Assembly (NCBI GenBank): GCA_051294375.1
Contig: CM119265.1
Location: 1,954,267 to 2,018,266 of the forward strand
Direction of reading: 5' to 3'
DNA: 64,000 nt
From: Paraspadella gotoi
Lineage: Eukaryota > Animalia > Chaetognatha
The translations under genes were made by a program, and so were the position numbers. Shown one piece after another: positions 46,937 through 60,461 of the stretch. The notes beneath the pieces were generated by a model. It was not told where the DNA came from, did no database searches, and saw only the letters and a program-made list of their open reading frames with translations. Numbering within the stretch: position 1 is the stretch's first letter; each line of letters starts with the position of its first letter.

Positions 46937-49900
46937 AATCGACGGAGACTATAGCGGCTGTTTTTTAACGATCTTTTTATTAGTGTCGGTTGATAGTTTA
47001 AGAATCTTTTGGTCTGATCAGCTCGGGATTTCTTTTCAGTCTCGTAGCAGCGCGGCTTTCGAGAATTAAAGTCGTTGAACGGTTATAAGCGCCGTTGGCT
47101 GGCTGCTGTCGAAGTCTTAAAAAGCGGACGATGAGCGTGATGTCGTTGCCGCTTTTTTCCTACTGGCGGGAGAAAATTCGGGACGCTGCAGCTTTCCATC
47201 TCCATCCCCTCCTTCCTCCCTAACATCCATCACCTCTTCTTCCTCCTCCTCTTCCTCTCCAGAGGATTTCGCGTAAGGGATCATGCTGTTGTCGTCATCG
47301 TGTCATGACCTCCTTAGTCACCTAATTCGTATCGCACGAAGCCCGCTCCGCGGCGCGGCATTGGCCGGCAGTAGTTGTCGTTTTTTTACCGGCGATTGCC
47401 GGCTGAAGCGCGTGAGACGACGCCGCCGCCCTTGCTTTGACGATCGAAGCTTCGACGGCCAAAAGTTTGTACATCGCTGCTCGTCAAGACGCGCCATTTC
47501 ATCTCGCTCTTCTTGCTTTCGGGCAGCACTTGGAGCCGCCTCGGGATCTAAATCGAGTTTCTATTCAGTTGTTGGGCAAAACCCACCAAACCCGCTCACA
47601 CCTACAACGCGTCGATCGGTAGAAGTTAATGACGGCAAGTTTTTTTGACGTTTACCCAAGCCTGCGAGAGGCGTGAGTGAGAAGGACGTCACGTTTCTTG
47701 TAGATGAGTTCAGCCGGAGCAGAGGTTGTAAGTACAAACAGCACTAGCGGCGGTGACGGCAGCGTTGACGGCTTTTCGAGTCGCTGATGTCATCTTTCCC
47801 TCCGCTGCCTTTAAAGCCATCATTTTGACTCGAGGCCAATGAGATCGTTGAGAAGGAGTGTCGTCGCCGCCGTTGTCATAATCGGCGGCGGCGATTCCTT
47901 AGTGTGGAGAGTTGGTTTAGGAGAAAGTAGAGTCGAGGCAGTTTGTTTTTTGGAGACAGGATGCGGTTTAAGAGATTGGGATAGAGAGCAAAGGAGGAAT
48001 AGGTGGGCGGAAGATTGTGAGGGCTTGTTGTTACGGGCCGTTGTGGTGGTGGCCCGGAACGATCAAACTTTTTGCCCGATGTATGCTGCAGATTCAGGTA
48101 TCGCCTAAAAAGTCCCTGCTGCTGGCGGTTGGCTATGAGGGTCATGAGGTCGACGCGGCATGGAGAAAGATCCCTCTTTCATTATGGTCTATGACCCGTC
48201 TAATACAGACGGGTCCTCCGACACGGCGCCGCTGTCATACTGGCGTACAGAGTGTTGCGACAACAAACTTTGTCTGCCGGTCTCCATGACGGTGGAGGCT
48301 GGCCTCATATTGCATCAGCTGGTCGATCTTGTCCAAGCCGGACGGTGCCTCCTCGAAGTGCTTTAAACTCGAAACCTTTGATGATAAAGGAGATTTTGGT
48401 TTCACATAAAAATCATTGCTGTTTCCGAATTCATCCTCGTTCAAATCGTTTAATTCCGAAGCTTGTTTGGTTGTTCATCGGCAAGCCTGCCCAATAAGCC
48501 CAAAATTGACTAACGAGAATGACCGAATTGAGGAATAAAGTTTTCCTTTTTGCTTTTATTTATTTTTTCTTTATTCATTTATTTATTCATGTAAATCGAC
48601 GGAGACAATAGCGGCTGTTTTTTTAACGATCTCTTTATTAGTGTCGGTCAATAGTTAAGAATCTTTTGTCTAGACAGCTCGGGATTTCTTTCTCATCTCG
48701 AGCACCGCTTCGAGATTAAAGTCGTCGTTGACGGTATAAGCCGCTGGCGGTGCTGTCGAAGTCTTAAAAGCGGAATGAGCGTGATGTCGTTGCCCGCTTT
48801 TTCCTACTGGCGAGAGAAATTCGGGACGCTGCAGCTTTCCATCTCCATCCCCTCCTTCCTCCCTAACATCCATCACCTCTTCTTCCTCCTCCTCTTCCTC
48901 TCCAGAGGATTTCGCGTAAGGGATCATGCTGTTGTCGTCATCGTCGATGACCTCCTTAGTCACTAATTCGTATCGACGAAGCCCGCTACCGGCGCCGGCA
49001 TTGGCGGCAGTAGATTTTGTCAACGGCTGCCAACGATATTGTTTACGAGGAGTCGCCTCGTCGAGGGACAAGTTATCCGGTCGTTTTTTACCAGCGATTG
49101 CCGGCTGAAGCGCTGACGACGCCGCCGCCCTTGCTTTGACGATCGAAGCTTCGACGGCCAAAGTTTGTACATCGCTGCTCGTCAAAGACGCGCCATTTCA
49201 TCTCGCTCTTCTTGCTTTCGCAGCACTTGGAGCGCCTCGGGATCTAAATCGAGTTTCTATTCAGTTGTTGGGCAAAACCCACCACACGCGTCGATGGTAG
49301 AAGTTAATGACGGCAAGTTTTTTTGACGTTTACCCAAGCCTGCGAGAGGCGTGAGATGAGAAGGACGTCACGTTTCTGTAGATGAGTCAGCCGGAGCAGA
49401 GGTTGAAGTAACAACAGCACTAGCGGCGGTGACGGCAGCGTTGACGGCTTTTCGAGTTGCAATGTTGTCATCTTTCCCACCGTGCTTAAAGCCATCATTT
49501 TGACTCGAGCGCCAATGAGACGGTTGAGAAGAGATCGTCGTCGCCGCCGTTGTCGTAATCGCGGGGCGGAATTCCTTAGTGTGCGAGAGGTAGGAGAAAG
49601 TAGAAGTCGAGGCAGTTTGTTTTTTGGAGACAGGATGCGGTTTAAGAGATTGGGGATAGAGAGCAAAGGAGGAATAGGTGGGGGAAGATTGTGAGGGGCT
49701 TTGTAGTTACGGCCTTTGGTGGTGGTGGCGGAACGATCAAAACATCTTTTGCCCGATGATCTGCAGATTCATATCGCCTAAAAAGTCCCTCCTGGCATAG
49801 GCAAGCATCTGCTGGTGGATGAGGGTCATGAGGGCGCGCATGGAGAAAGATCCCTCTTTCATTAAGGTCTATGACCCGTCTAATACAGACGGGTCCTCCG

Positions 49901-50268
49901 GCACCGCTGTCATACTGCGTACAGATGTTGCACAACAACTTTGTCTGCCGGTCTCACATGACAGTGGAGGCTGGCCTCATATGCATCAGCTGGTCGATTT
50001 CCAGGCCACGTCCTCCTGAAGATGCTTTAACTCGAAACCTTTGATGATAAAAGGAGATTTTGGTTTCACAATAAAAATCATTGCCGTTTCCGAGATTCAT
50101 CCTCGTTCAATCGTTTAATTCCGAAGCTCGTTTGGTTTCATCGGCGAAGCCTGCCCCAATAAGCCAAAATTACTAACGTAGAAATAGCAACCGAAAATCT
50201 GAAGGAATAGATAAAGTCTTCCTTTTTGCTTTTATTTATTTTTTTCTTTTATTCATTTATTTATTTCA
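46937..50268. repeat. Tandem duplication of a ~1.65-kb unit (46937-48590 and 48594-50268) in a decayed minus-strand orphan gene
   Basis: Both units begin AATCGACGGAGAC(T/A)ATAGCGGCTG and are collinear, differing by many small indels. Confidence 0.9.
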
Positions 50269-50429
50269 TTTTATTCATTTTTTACTCATCTCTTCAACTC
50301 TTTAATTTATTCATTTGAATCATTTTATTCATTCATATTTTTATTGATCAATTGAATTTGCAAGGCCCCCCTCGATAACCCTCGCCCCGTCCCCCACGCC
50401 CTCCCTGAGAGAACCCATCAATCAGCTCA

Positions 50430-51541
50430 TGGTCCCAAGGCTACCAATGATTACCTCCCCGCCCCCTAGAAGCCTGATCCGCCCACCCCTGGCCCCACCT
50501 ACTACCCCGCTCCTCTCCCCTTTCACGCCCCTCCGTCGCCTCAAGCAAGTGCCGACACACCGGGTTGCTCACATCTCCGGCGATGCGGCACGGAGTGGAA
50601 TAGAGGCCGCAGGTGCATGGGTGCCACGCGGCGACAGCAGCGGCGGCGTGCGTGGAACTGGACATATCGGAAGAAGGCCCCTGATTGGCATCGGTGCCAT
50701 CGTGCCTCCTTTTCATCCCTGCGCCCATGGAACGGCGGAGCTGTACGCCGCAGGTGACACCGCGCGTTCCTTGGCTAGAGACGCTGCACGATTCGCGACG
50801 GGTGACGCGCGACCAGTTGCGGGCGGCGCCGCGTGTTCGGCGGCGGATGACGCCGCGATTTCTGCAAAGAATGACGCCATGGGAGCGGCTGCGGCCGCGG
50901 AATCGTCTAGCGCCGCAGAGATGTCGTCGGCGCCACTGACATCCTCGGCACCACTAGACTCCGCCCTTTCAGAACCCTCTTGTTCATCTTGGGCGGGAGT
51001 CTCGTCGAGACTTTATGGTTTCAGGTCGATGACCTCTGGTTCTAAATCTATGACTTAGATCTCGGCGGCCGGCGGAGAGACGTTCTCTCGCACCACTGGC
51101 GGCGAGATGTTCTCTCGCACCACCGGTGGCAGACCAGGATAGACTTGAACCCTACGAAAGTTAAAAGTAAACAAAGAATTACAAATAAATACTAATGAAC
51201 ACGCAAAATACTGAGAGCTATAATTATTGAAACGAGAGTTATCAGAATAGTACTAAAGAAAAAAGAAACAAGCAGACGGAAAAAAAACTGAAAGGATAAA
51301 AAGGAAAATGAAGAGAGTGGGAGCGACGCCATCGGCGGCGGCGATTGACCCGTCCATGGGGTAGTAGCCATAGAATACGCGGTTGACCGTCGGGCCGTCG
51401 GCGACGGTCTCCGCCACGATTGGCACGCACTGACCATTGACCGCCGTGACGACGGTCTCTCCGGGCGCCACGATTCGAAAAGTGGAGGTGGCCCAGCAGC
51501 GATGAGTCGTCGGCTGTAGCATCATTGCAGCACTGGGACAA
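50430..51541 (-). pseudogene. Decayed low-complexity orphan exons (Ala/Ser/Pro-rich, VIDL motifs)
   Basis: GC-rich stretches with a few in-frame stops, separated by AT-rich intron-like DNA; no family recognised. Confidence 0.4.
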
Positions 51542-51785
51542 CTGTTGCCTAAAGTTGCTTTAATGGGTTCTTTGACTTGATGCTGACTCCACTAGCTCAA
51601 TCTACAAAATCTCAACTCAGCTTCTTTCTTCACTTCAGAGAATTTAGTTTCTCTTTATTCACAGATTTTCAGAAGAAATTACAAAAGTTTTGGTTCACAA
51701 AATAGAGACAAATTTTTGAAGCAAAGTGTTTAATAACACTTACAAAATGATAGAGACAAAAAGTAATGGAGATAGAAAATAATTA

Positions 51786-52351
51786 TTAGGAGGTTCTCTC
51801 CGATGCTTCAGAGTTCTTGCTTTTATATCTTTGCTCAAATGTTTGTCTCCACAAGGCGAGAGTTCTTTTGCACATCGCAGTTATTAGCAGTTCGCCGTGC
51901 AGGATCGCGATCTTTCCTGGATCGATGAATGTTATCGCGGCCGGAGAATTGAGCACTTTTTCGGTGGCTAGGCGCGCCTCGGCTGCACGAGAAATACAAA
52001 GTTCATGCCTCATGGCATCAGTGAGGCGGTTGATTCTTGCTTGGTTCCTTGACGCCAGCGCTGGGGCGTTTTTGATGAGGGCGTCGAGCGCGGTGTCATC
52101 TCTCCTTGCATCGGCGACCATCTGGTTAGCTATGAAGAAATGCGGTGATGACGTCGGTCTTGCTTCGACTCCACAGCCTCTCTTGTTGCGGAGGGCCGTT
52201 GAGTCGTACTGCCTTCCCCAAAGACGCTCGGATTCCTTCGGCACTGCTTCCCCTCATTGGCGTCGTTTGTCGATCGAATGATTCCATCCGCGCTTTTGAA
52301 GGCGCCCGGTTTTGCGTCGCTCTTCCTCTTCTCTTCCGCGTTACTCTTCAC
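51786..52351 (-). pseudogene. Orphan ORF remnant
   Basis: 152-aa ORF with globular-looking composition plus a frameshifted upstream part. Confidence 0.35.
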
Positions 52352-53644
52352 ATTCTTTCACTTTTGTTCTTTCCTTTTCTTTCTTTCCCTTTCGACGCAT
52401 CTTTCACCTTTCTCGCTTCTAGGTCGACTTTGGCCTCATCGATCTGTCTCCACTTCCCCCTTCTTCCCCTTTCATCTCCGTCGTTCGCTAGGGTTATTTT
52501 TTTATTTTTTATTTTTTTGCTTAAAGACCCTTGCTAATTTGTTTATCTTTGATATAACAATATAAAAAAAATTGGTATTGGTATCAATAACGTGAAGGCA
52601 AATGTGGTCAAATGTATTAAAGTATTTATTTACAATAACTAGAGAAAGCAAGAGTGAGACACGAACGTTAGAACGGTAAGAAACAGAATGAATATGTACA
52701 GATAAGATTTCACATCTTCTCTCCCAAACGCAAAGTCATGTTCCTTCTCATTGGCTCTCCCAACTCTCCCTTCAGTCTTATTCGTTGGGTGAGCCCATGG
52801 ACCATCTCTCGATCTCCTGCCGCTCTCCTGCTGCTCGTCCAGTCGCCTTCGCTCCCCGGCATTGCAGGCCCCGTGGATCGCGGATCGCTTCAGCCTTCTC
52901 GTTGATGATACAAAGAAAGTGAAGATGAAGGGAATAAGAAAAGTGAATACAAATAAGAGAGATGAACAAAGCGAACAAAAGTAAATAAAGGGTAGGCACT
53001 AAATGCTCTCAAAATAGAACAATGTGGATTCGACCAAAAGAATTGCAAAACAATAAGAAAAGCAAACAAATATGGGGAAATGACAAGGTGAGAAGAAAAA
53101 CAAATAGGAATAAATAAAGAAAAGAGGGAAATTTGCCGAGACTTACATGTGAACGAGCGTGTCGACCAGGAGCAGTAAGCCGCCATGGGCGTGACCCCGC
53201 ACAGAGTGCGAGGCCATATAGGCGGAGCCAAGGACGCGCCAAAATCCCCGGCCTCATTGACTCAGGTTTAGTCAGACTCCCACGACCTTAGAGAGTTTAT
53301 ATATTAAATTTATTCATCTATTCTTTTTTATTTATTTATCAGTTCATTTAGGTATTTCATTTGTTAATTTAATTTGTTCATTTATTTATTCGAGGGGGCA
53401 ATAGTGTTTTGGTGGATGCTTGCAATATCTTGGATGGAAAGATGAATTGTCGATTTTTTTGGTATCTCAAGATTGAACATCGAAGTATATTTAGTTTGTG
53501 ATAAAGTTGTTGCAGACGTGGACCCTGGGAGGGTTGCTGAATTCCCATGAAGACGGTCTCCTATTTCCTGCCTCCAGACAACTTTTCTTTCAAAAAGTTT
53601 TGACCCGATTATGAACACGATCTTCATTTAGCATTTCCTGCAAT

Positions 53645-54050
53645 CCTGGATGCAGAGTCGGTCCATCTTCACGGCGATCGCCACGGGGATCTCCTTGCTG
53701 TTGTCGTTGTTGTTCTTCTCTTCGCTTCTGGGGCCTCTCCCTTCGCTGCCAAATCGGAGCTGGGGTTTCTCCTGTCCCGCTTCCTGTTGGTCCATCCATC
53801 CGTTTTTCCTTTTTTGCGGGCGTCGTCTCGTCGGGCTCTCTGTCCAGGATCTTGGTCTCGTCTCTCTTGGGGAGAGCTGTGGCGTTTTCTGATACATTCG
53901 TCGTTCCCTCTCGGACTCCCTCCATTCTATTCGTCGGCGAACATCGTTGTTTTGGAGGATTGTGTGCCTCGGCACTTTATCGTCACCTCTATGGCGTCTA
54001 AGTCTTCACGTCTTGGCCGTCTTCCACTATCTTCTCCGGGCATACGTGTT
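53645..54050 (-). mobile_element. Fragment of the internal region of the 36291-38152 LTR family
   Basis: Collinear with 37350-37798 (MPGED...IKCRGTQS...TALPKRDET...GDPRGDRREDGP). Confidence 0.85.
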
Positions 54051-54059
54051 GGACATAAA

Positions 54060-54972
54060 CTCTCGTCGTGGTCCGAGTTAGAAAAAGTGCGCTATTTTAC
54101 GGCGCTTTCTCATGTCCCTCTAAAGAGTATTGGCGCCAAAGAAATTAATTTTCTCAAATTTTGTGTCGAACAGCGCATCTTCCATTATTCTCCAGTCATC
54201 ACTCGCCGAGTATGGCATGACTTCACCAATATATTCACAAAATTAAGCAAAAACTCTGTATTCACGTTTCAAAGTAAACGGATCAAAGAGTTCTTCGATT
54301 GTCAACTTCACTAGTCTCCTTACCATGTTCTCGACGCCGCGGACACATGCGTATCTCGCGGCCTTGTTCCGACGGTCGATTTGTTGGCGGAATTCGTTAC
54401 CAAGGGAAAATTCTGCCATCGTGCCCTCCACTTCAGCGGGGAAGTCGTTCCTTCGCTGCAAGCGCTTCGAGCGATATTTGTATCGCTTATGCAGGAATTC
54501 TGCGACCGGTGTTTTTGATTCGTTCCACGCTATTGAAAGAAAAAGAAGACGCGAAGACTCTCTTGAAAGGTCCCCAATTCTAAAACGACACTGAGTCGTC
54601 GCCGCCATCCTCGTAATTAATCTCACCGTCTCCTTCGATGTCGCTCCAAGTATCTGCATCATTATTGGCTTTGCCTTGGTTCTCTTCAGCCGACGCAAGC
54701 GGCAACGCCTCCAGCTCAGGCATCTCGTCATCATCAGAGAGAACATCAGGCGTCGGGGCGTAGATCCCTTCCATGATATCCTGGAATAGCACGGGCCATT
54801 TTACCTAACAGATTTTACAGAGACAAAATTTCTTAATTAATGAAAATTAAAGTTACATAAAATATTACTGACCAAGGCAACTGCTTTACTTTTTTCCTCA
54901 GCACTTTAGCTCTCCGTTCCAAGAAGCTAAAGTTATCTTCCACTCTCGGTCATCCCCCAGAGAAATAGCCAT
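54060..54972 (-). pseudogene. Spliced orphan gene remnant(s); N-terminus weakly PC4/Sub1-like; intron 54805-54872
   Basis: MAISLGDDREWKITLASWNGELK[fs]KSKAVAL|VKWPVLFQD, then an acidic tract and a further decayed ORF. Confidence 0.35.
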
Positions 54973-55388
54973 TATATATTTTAAGTATTCAACTTTAACA
55001 ATAGCGTTTATGATATTATAAAGTTTTTCATTCCACTTTCCTTTTTAGGCGTCTTATAATCGGGCATAGGAATTAATGTTAATACGACTTTATGGCATAA
55101 ATTACTGATTTGGAAGCAACCTCGTCAATTTTTGAAGCGTTACAATATTATCCTGTATTTTTGGTCTCACATTGTTATTTTTTGCATTCAGTCGTTGTAT
55201 TGCAGTTCCTTTTTATTTGTTTTTCTCATTTTATACAGATTTTTCGAACAATTTACCAAAAATTCGTGTTTGGTTTAGGTTCATTTTTAATCTCATGAGA
55301 AGCTAAAATCCTTGCAGTTTCAGGGATTTTTATTAAAAAAAATGTTTAACCTAAGGACACACTATCTGCCTTCTTTTCGCCTGAAACC

Positions 55389-58300
55389 ATGATTTCGACG
55401 ATAATCGGCGCCACCTGGATCCTCCTGATTCTGACGGCAAGCGGCGCCGCCAGATCTTCGAATTACGACGCCACCGAGTTGGATAGCCTGCGTCGCCGTG
55501 CCGAGACCATGTTCTACCATGCCTACGACAACTATCTCGCCCACGGATTCCCCCACGACGAACTGAGACCCCTGACCTGCGACGGAGTCAACACGTGGGG
55601 GAATTTTAGGGTTGGTATAGGGCTCAGGGGAAAGGTAGGGAAGGGAAAGAGTGGGATAAAAGGAAGAGGGAGAGAGTGGTAAGAGAAAAAAAATAGGGAC
55701 AGAGTGATAAAAGAAAGAGTGAAAAAATGAGTGACAAAGTGGTGGCAGAAAAAGAGGGAAATGGGCAAGATAGAGATGGTGAGAATGATGATGACATTTG
55801 AGTGATAGGAAGGAAGAAAAAGAATAGAGATATAAAAACCTTTTTACCCCCAACCAACCCTTTTCTCATCCTCAGTTAACCCTCATTGACGCCCTCGACA
55901 CTTTGGCGGTGATGGGAAACGAGACCGAGTTCCGCCGAGTCGCGGAAATGATCGTCGAGGATCTCTCCGACTTTGACATCGACGTCAACACTTCCGTATT
56001 CGAGGCCAACATCCGGGTTGTGGGCGGACTCGTCTCCGCCCACCTCCTTTCCAAACGCATGGGTAATAAAGGCCGTTGTTCTCTTTTATTGTCTCGGTTT
56101 AATAAAAAAAATTAAATTAGGATAAAATACGTTTTTGAAAGGTCTTACCGTGGAAGCCGGCTGGCCGTGCGATGGTCCCCTCCTCCGTCTGGCGACCGAC
56201 TTGGGCCACCGCCTCCTGCGTGCCTTCGACACTACAACGGGGATGCCCTATGGAACGGTGAATCTCCGCCACGGCGTTCCCAACGGGGAGACTTCTATCA
56301 CGTGCACGGCCTGCGTCGGAACCTTTATTCTGGAATTCGGCGCCCTCTCCCGCTTGACGGGCGACGCCTCCTTCGAGACGGCGGCGCTGCGGGCGCTGGA
56401 CTCGCTGTGGGCGGCGCGATCCACCATCGGTCTCGTGGGCAACCACATCGACGTGGAGAAGAACTCGTGGCACGCCCTCGACTCGGGGATCGGCGCCGGC
56501 GTGGACTCTTACTTCGAGTATCTCGTCAAAGGATCCCTCATGTTCGAGATGCCGGAGCTGATGAAGATGTTTCGCGAATACGCGGCCAGCGTGGCCAAGT
56601 GAGAAAAAATAGAGGGGATTAAGATTAGGGTTATTATAAAAAAGTTCAAATTTACCAATTGTTTTTTCTTTTTTTCCTCCAGATATTTGCGTCACGGCGA
56701 CTGGCACTTCTGGGCCCACATGCACAAGGGCGGCGTGACGCAGCCCGTCTTCCAATCCCTGGAGGCCTTTTGGCCGGGGATGCTCTCCTTGATCGGGGAG
56801 ACCGAGTCCGCCGCCGCCATCACCGCCAAATATTTTGAAATCTGGAAGAAGTTCGGGTTCACTCCCGAGTTTTACGACGTGCCCAGGCGGAAACCGATGA
56901 GCAAAAGGGAAGGGTACCCGCTCCGGCCGGGTAAGGGAGGATAGGGTGACGATGTTGTGGGAGAGATGATGAGGAAAATTGCTGGAGTTTGAGGTCTTTT
57001 TTGTGACTTGGTTGGACTTTTTGTGACTTTGTTACACTTTGTTTGGCTTTGTTGTACTATGTACGACCCTGTAGGACTTCATTTATCCCTTCTCCCATTC
57101 CAGAGTTGATCGAGTCGGCGATGTACCTCTACCAATCGACGCGAGACCCTCTCTTCTTGGACATCGGCAAAGCGGCGATGACATCCATCGAGGAGTCGGC
57201 GAGAGTCGCCTGCGGATTCGCCTCCGTCAAAGACGTCAACTCCCACGCTCTCGACAACAGGCTGGAGTCTTTCTTCCTCGCGGAGACGACCAAGTATCTC
57301 TACTTGTTATTCTCACCGGATCATTGGATCTTCACCGGATGGTGAGCGGCGAAATGGGCTTATTGATAATTACTAAGTATAAGTAAATAAATAAATGTTA
57401 CCCCAATTCTCTCCCTCATTCATTCGTTTATTCATTCATTCATTTATTCATTCATTCATTTATTCATTCATTCAATATTTGATTGAGGAATTGATTCATG
57501 GCTCAAGAATATAGACATTCTTTGGTTTGTTTATTCATTGACCAGCTCGTTTATTGATTCATTGATTGAATGATTTATTCACTCATTCATTCATTCATTT
57601 AGGCACCCAGAAAACATCGAGATCCTCCGATCCCCGCGCCGCAGCTCCAACGACTCCACCGCCTCCAACTCATCCAAAGCCTCCGACTGCCTCTTGGGTT
57701 CCGCGGGTTTCATCTTCAACACGGAGGCTCACCCTTTCGACGCGGCCGCCGTCCACTGCTGCTCGCGGGAGAAGGAGGAGGAGGACGAAGCGATCGATCG
57801 GATGCTGGAGAGGATCGACCTGTTGAGCCTCGTTGAGGAAGAGGAGGAGACGGACGAGGTGTTGGAGGAAGTGTTCGATGATCTCCTGGCGGAGGAAGAA
57901 GAGGAGCAGGAAATGGACTCGATGGAGGCGGAGGTGGATTTGGCGCTCGACCCGGAACTAATCGTCGATCAAACTTTAAAGAAAGCCGAAGATAACTCGC
58001 TGGAAAATGCCAATTATTTCACCGGAAATTCGGCTCCTACTCCGGCTCAGGATTTCTCCGTGAAACCGAACATAAACAAAGCTCCGGCGGCAGACCATGC
58101 TCCTCCGCCCGGCGATTTCACCGAAAACCAGACTCCGGCCGAACTTCCGGCGTCTAAAGTGGACAACGAAATTTTAGTAATTGACGCTGCCGAAAACGAT
58201 TCGGTCGAAGTAGAATCGGCCCAAAACGACTCTTCCTCTCAAGATTCGTCTTCTCCCGACGCCGACGCCGCCGCCGACTCCGCCGCCTCCCTCGAAGTGA

Positions 58301-58578
58301 CGGCGAAGATCGAAGAGATTCTCGAGAAGAAGCGTCAATCGCTCGAGGACCGCGTGGATCCTGAGGCGTCGAGCGAAACGGTTGCCGGGTGGCGCCGCCT
58401 CGTCTCCAACGTCCTCGAGAAGATCAAACTGGACGCGACGGCCTCCGTCAAGCGTCTCTTCGGCGCCCCGCCCAAGAAACTCAATCCGCGACTGAGATCC
58501 AACGTCGGCGATTGGGAGTCCATGACTTGTCCGCGGAAACCCTGGCCGCTCGACCTCGGGATTTATCCTTATCATTGA
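55389..58578 (+). CDS. EDEM2: ER degradation-enhancing alpha-mannosidase-like protein 2 (GH47), multi-exon
   Basis: Signal peptide; [23 protein letters not shown]; [12 protein letters not shown]; GMPYGTVNL; [11 protein letters not shown]; YPLRP|ELIES; ESFFLAET; FNTEAHP. Confidence 0.95.
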
Positions 58579-58941
58579 GGAAAAGGGCGATGAGGACTGA
58601 GGAGTCTTCTCTTTTCTATTTTCTCCTCTTCTTCTTCTCTAATCTTCTCTCTCCTTCATATCCTCTCTCTTTTTCTGTCTCTCGTTCTTCTCTTTTTCTC
58701 CCCACCATGTAACTTTATTAAACTCCCCTTTCCTCTCCCTTTATCCTCTCTTACCCTCTTCTCTTCCATCATCTCCCATCATCTCTTCTCATCCCATCTT
58801 CATCTCCCATCACTCATTGAAAAGGAAACTTTTCAAGGACATCTTAATGTTATTCCTCCGCCGCGATTTCCGTCACTGTGATATTTTCTTCTCTTTTTTT
58901 TATTTCCAATCGTCTGCTCTCATTTTTGTCTCCGTTTAGTC

Positions 58942-60461
58942 ATGTCTCAGCCGCGCTCGTCACCCGCCGATCGCGACGCCCCCTTTCGTCTCTTGGATGA
59001 CCTCGAGACTCTGGAGGCGAGCCATCCTCGTTTTCCCAAACTTTTGAATGAGCTTTTCCTCGACGCCGCACATTCGGCGTCTCTCGCCGACGCCGAGACG
59101 AAACTCTTCTCTCGCGCCAGCCCCAAGACCCGCCTCTTTTTCGCGACCCTCTCCGACGATCCGCTCGACGATCGACTCCAATCCCGGATCGAGGATGCCG
59201 TTGCCTTGGTGGCGGCCATGAGCGGCGTCGCGGAGAAGATCGTCAGCACCGGCGACGTTAACGTCGCCGACTTCCGATCTTTTCCCGTCGCCGGCGTCGG
59301 CGTCGTGACATCCTGCTATAAATTCTGCTCGGATCTGGGTCTTCGACCTTCGCCCGAGTCCCTCGTCCCGTCCGCCAAATCTCTTGCCGCCGCCGCCCAC
59401 AACTTGGCGGCTCAACTCGTCTGCGTCTACGAAGGCCTCGTCGCCGACGCCGTCGACTTGAGCCAGTTCTCCCAGTTGGTCGTCGACTCGTTGTCCGGAC
59501 TTCGAGAGGCCGTCGCCGTCACGCGTCCCGTCGACGTCAAGATCTTCAGCAAACTCGTCAAAGTCGTCATCAAGTTGGCGCTTAAGCAGAGGGCCTTGGC
59601 TGTTGAGATCGGAGAAGTCGGGAGGATGTTGGATTATTTTCTGGGCAAGTGAGTTCGTTGCTTCGACTTTAGGCCAGGGAGCTCATTACTTGGAAATGGC
59701 GTCCGGTATCGTTTCTCTGTATGCATATTTTGTTTTCTTTCATTTAACAACATGGATTAATTTGCTTAATAATGCATATTAATCTTTCCCTTCCCCTTCC
59801 CCTTCCCCAGCGTGTCGACGACCATCTCTAACTTTCGCCTGACTGTCGACGCCGCCTCGGCGCCTCAATCCGACCGCGCCTTCGTCACAGAGACGCGTCT
59901 CTGTCAGTTCATGTTGCGGGCGACGGCGAATCTCGTGGAGGAGCTTCACGCGCAGCTCGAGCGCGTCGTCGTCGACGCCGTCGTCGATTTTGTTGTCGAT
60001 CTTAACCTCGCTCTCACTCTCGGGGTAAGTTCGTTCCTTGGTAAGCTGGTTCGGAGGTCATTCATTCCTCTTTTCATTCATTCATTAATTCATTCATTCA
60101 TTAATTCATTCATTCACCCTTTTCTCCTTTCAGACGCTGACCTCTCCCTCCCTCCCTCTCTCCTATTCCGCCGAGATCGATCGTCTCCTCCGCCCCCACC
60201 TCCATCACCTCGTCGAATCCCTCGTCGGCGACGAGCCATTCCAGCGCCGCCTCCTCGACGCTTCCGCCATGACCTCCTCCAACGCCGCGGGTCATCTCCC
60301 TCTTTACCTCGACGTGGTGGAGAGGCTGGCGGAATCTCTAGAGGAGTCGGTGGCGGAGAATTGGATCGATCCGACGATCGGAGATGAGAATCTTCTCGAC
60401 GTCGTCTTCGTCTGCGCGGAGAAGAGTCGAGCCGAGATGTTGGTCCCGATGAAAAGACCGG
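58942..60461 (+). CDS. Probable FIRRM/C1orf112 homolog, first three exons (continues past the window)
   Basis: Helical protein with ETKLFSRASPKTRLFF and FRSFPVAGVGVVTSCYKFCSD, resembling my recollection of the C1orf112 N-terminus; GT-AG exon chain. Confidence 0.6.

Noticed and set aside
54205-54245. SET-domain-like CEYIGEV motif
   Set aside because: Isolated match with no NHSC or ELxxDY motifs.
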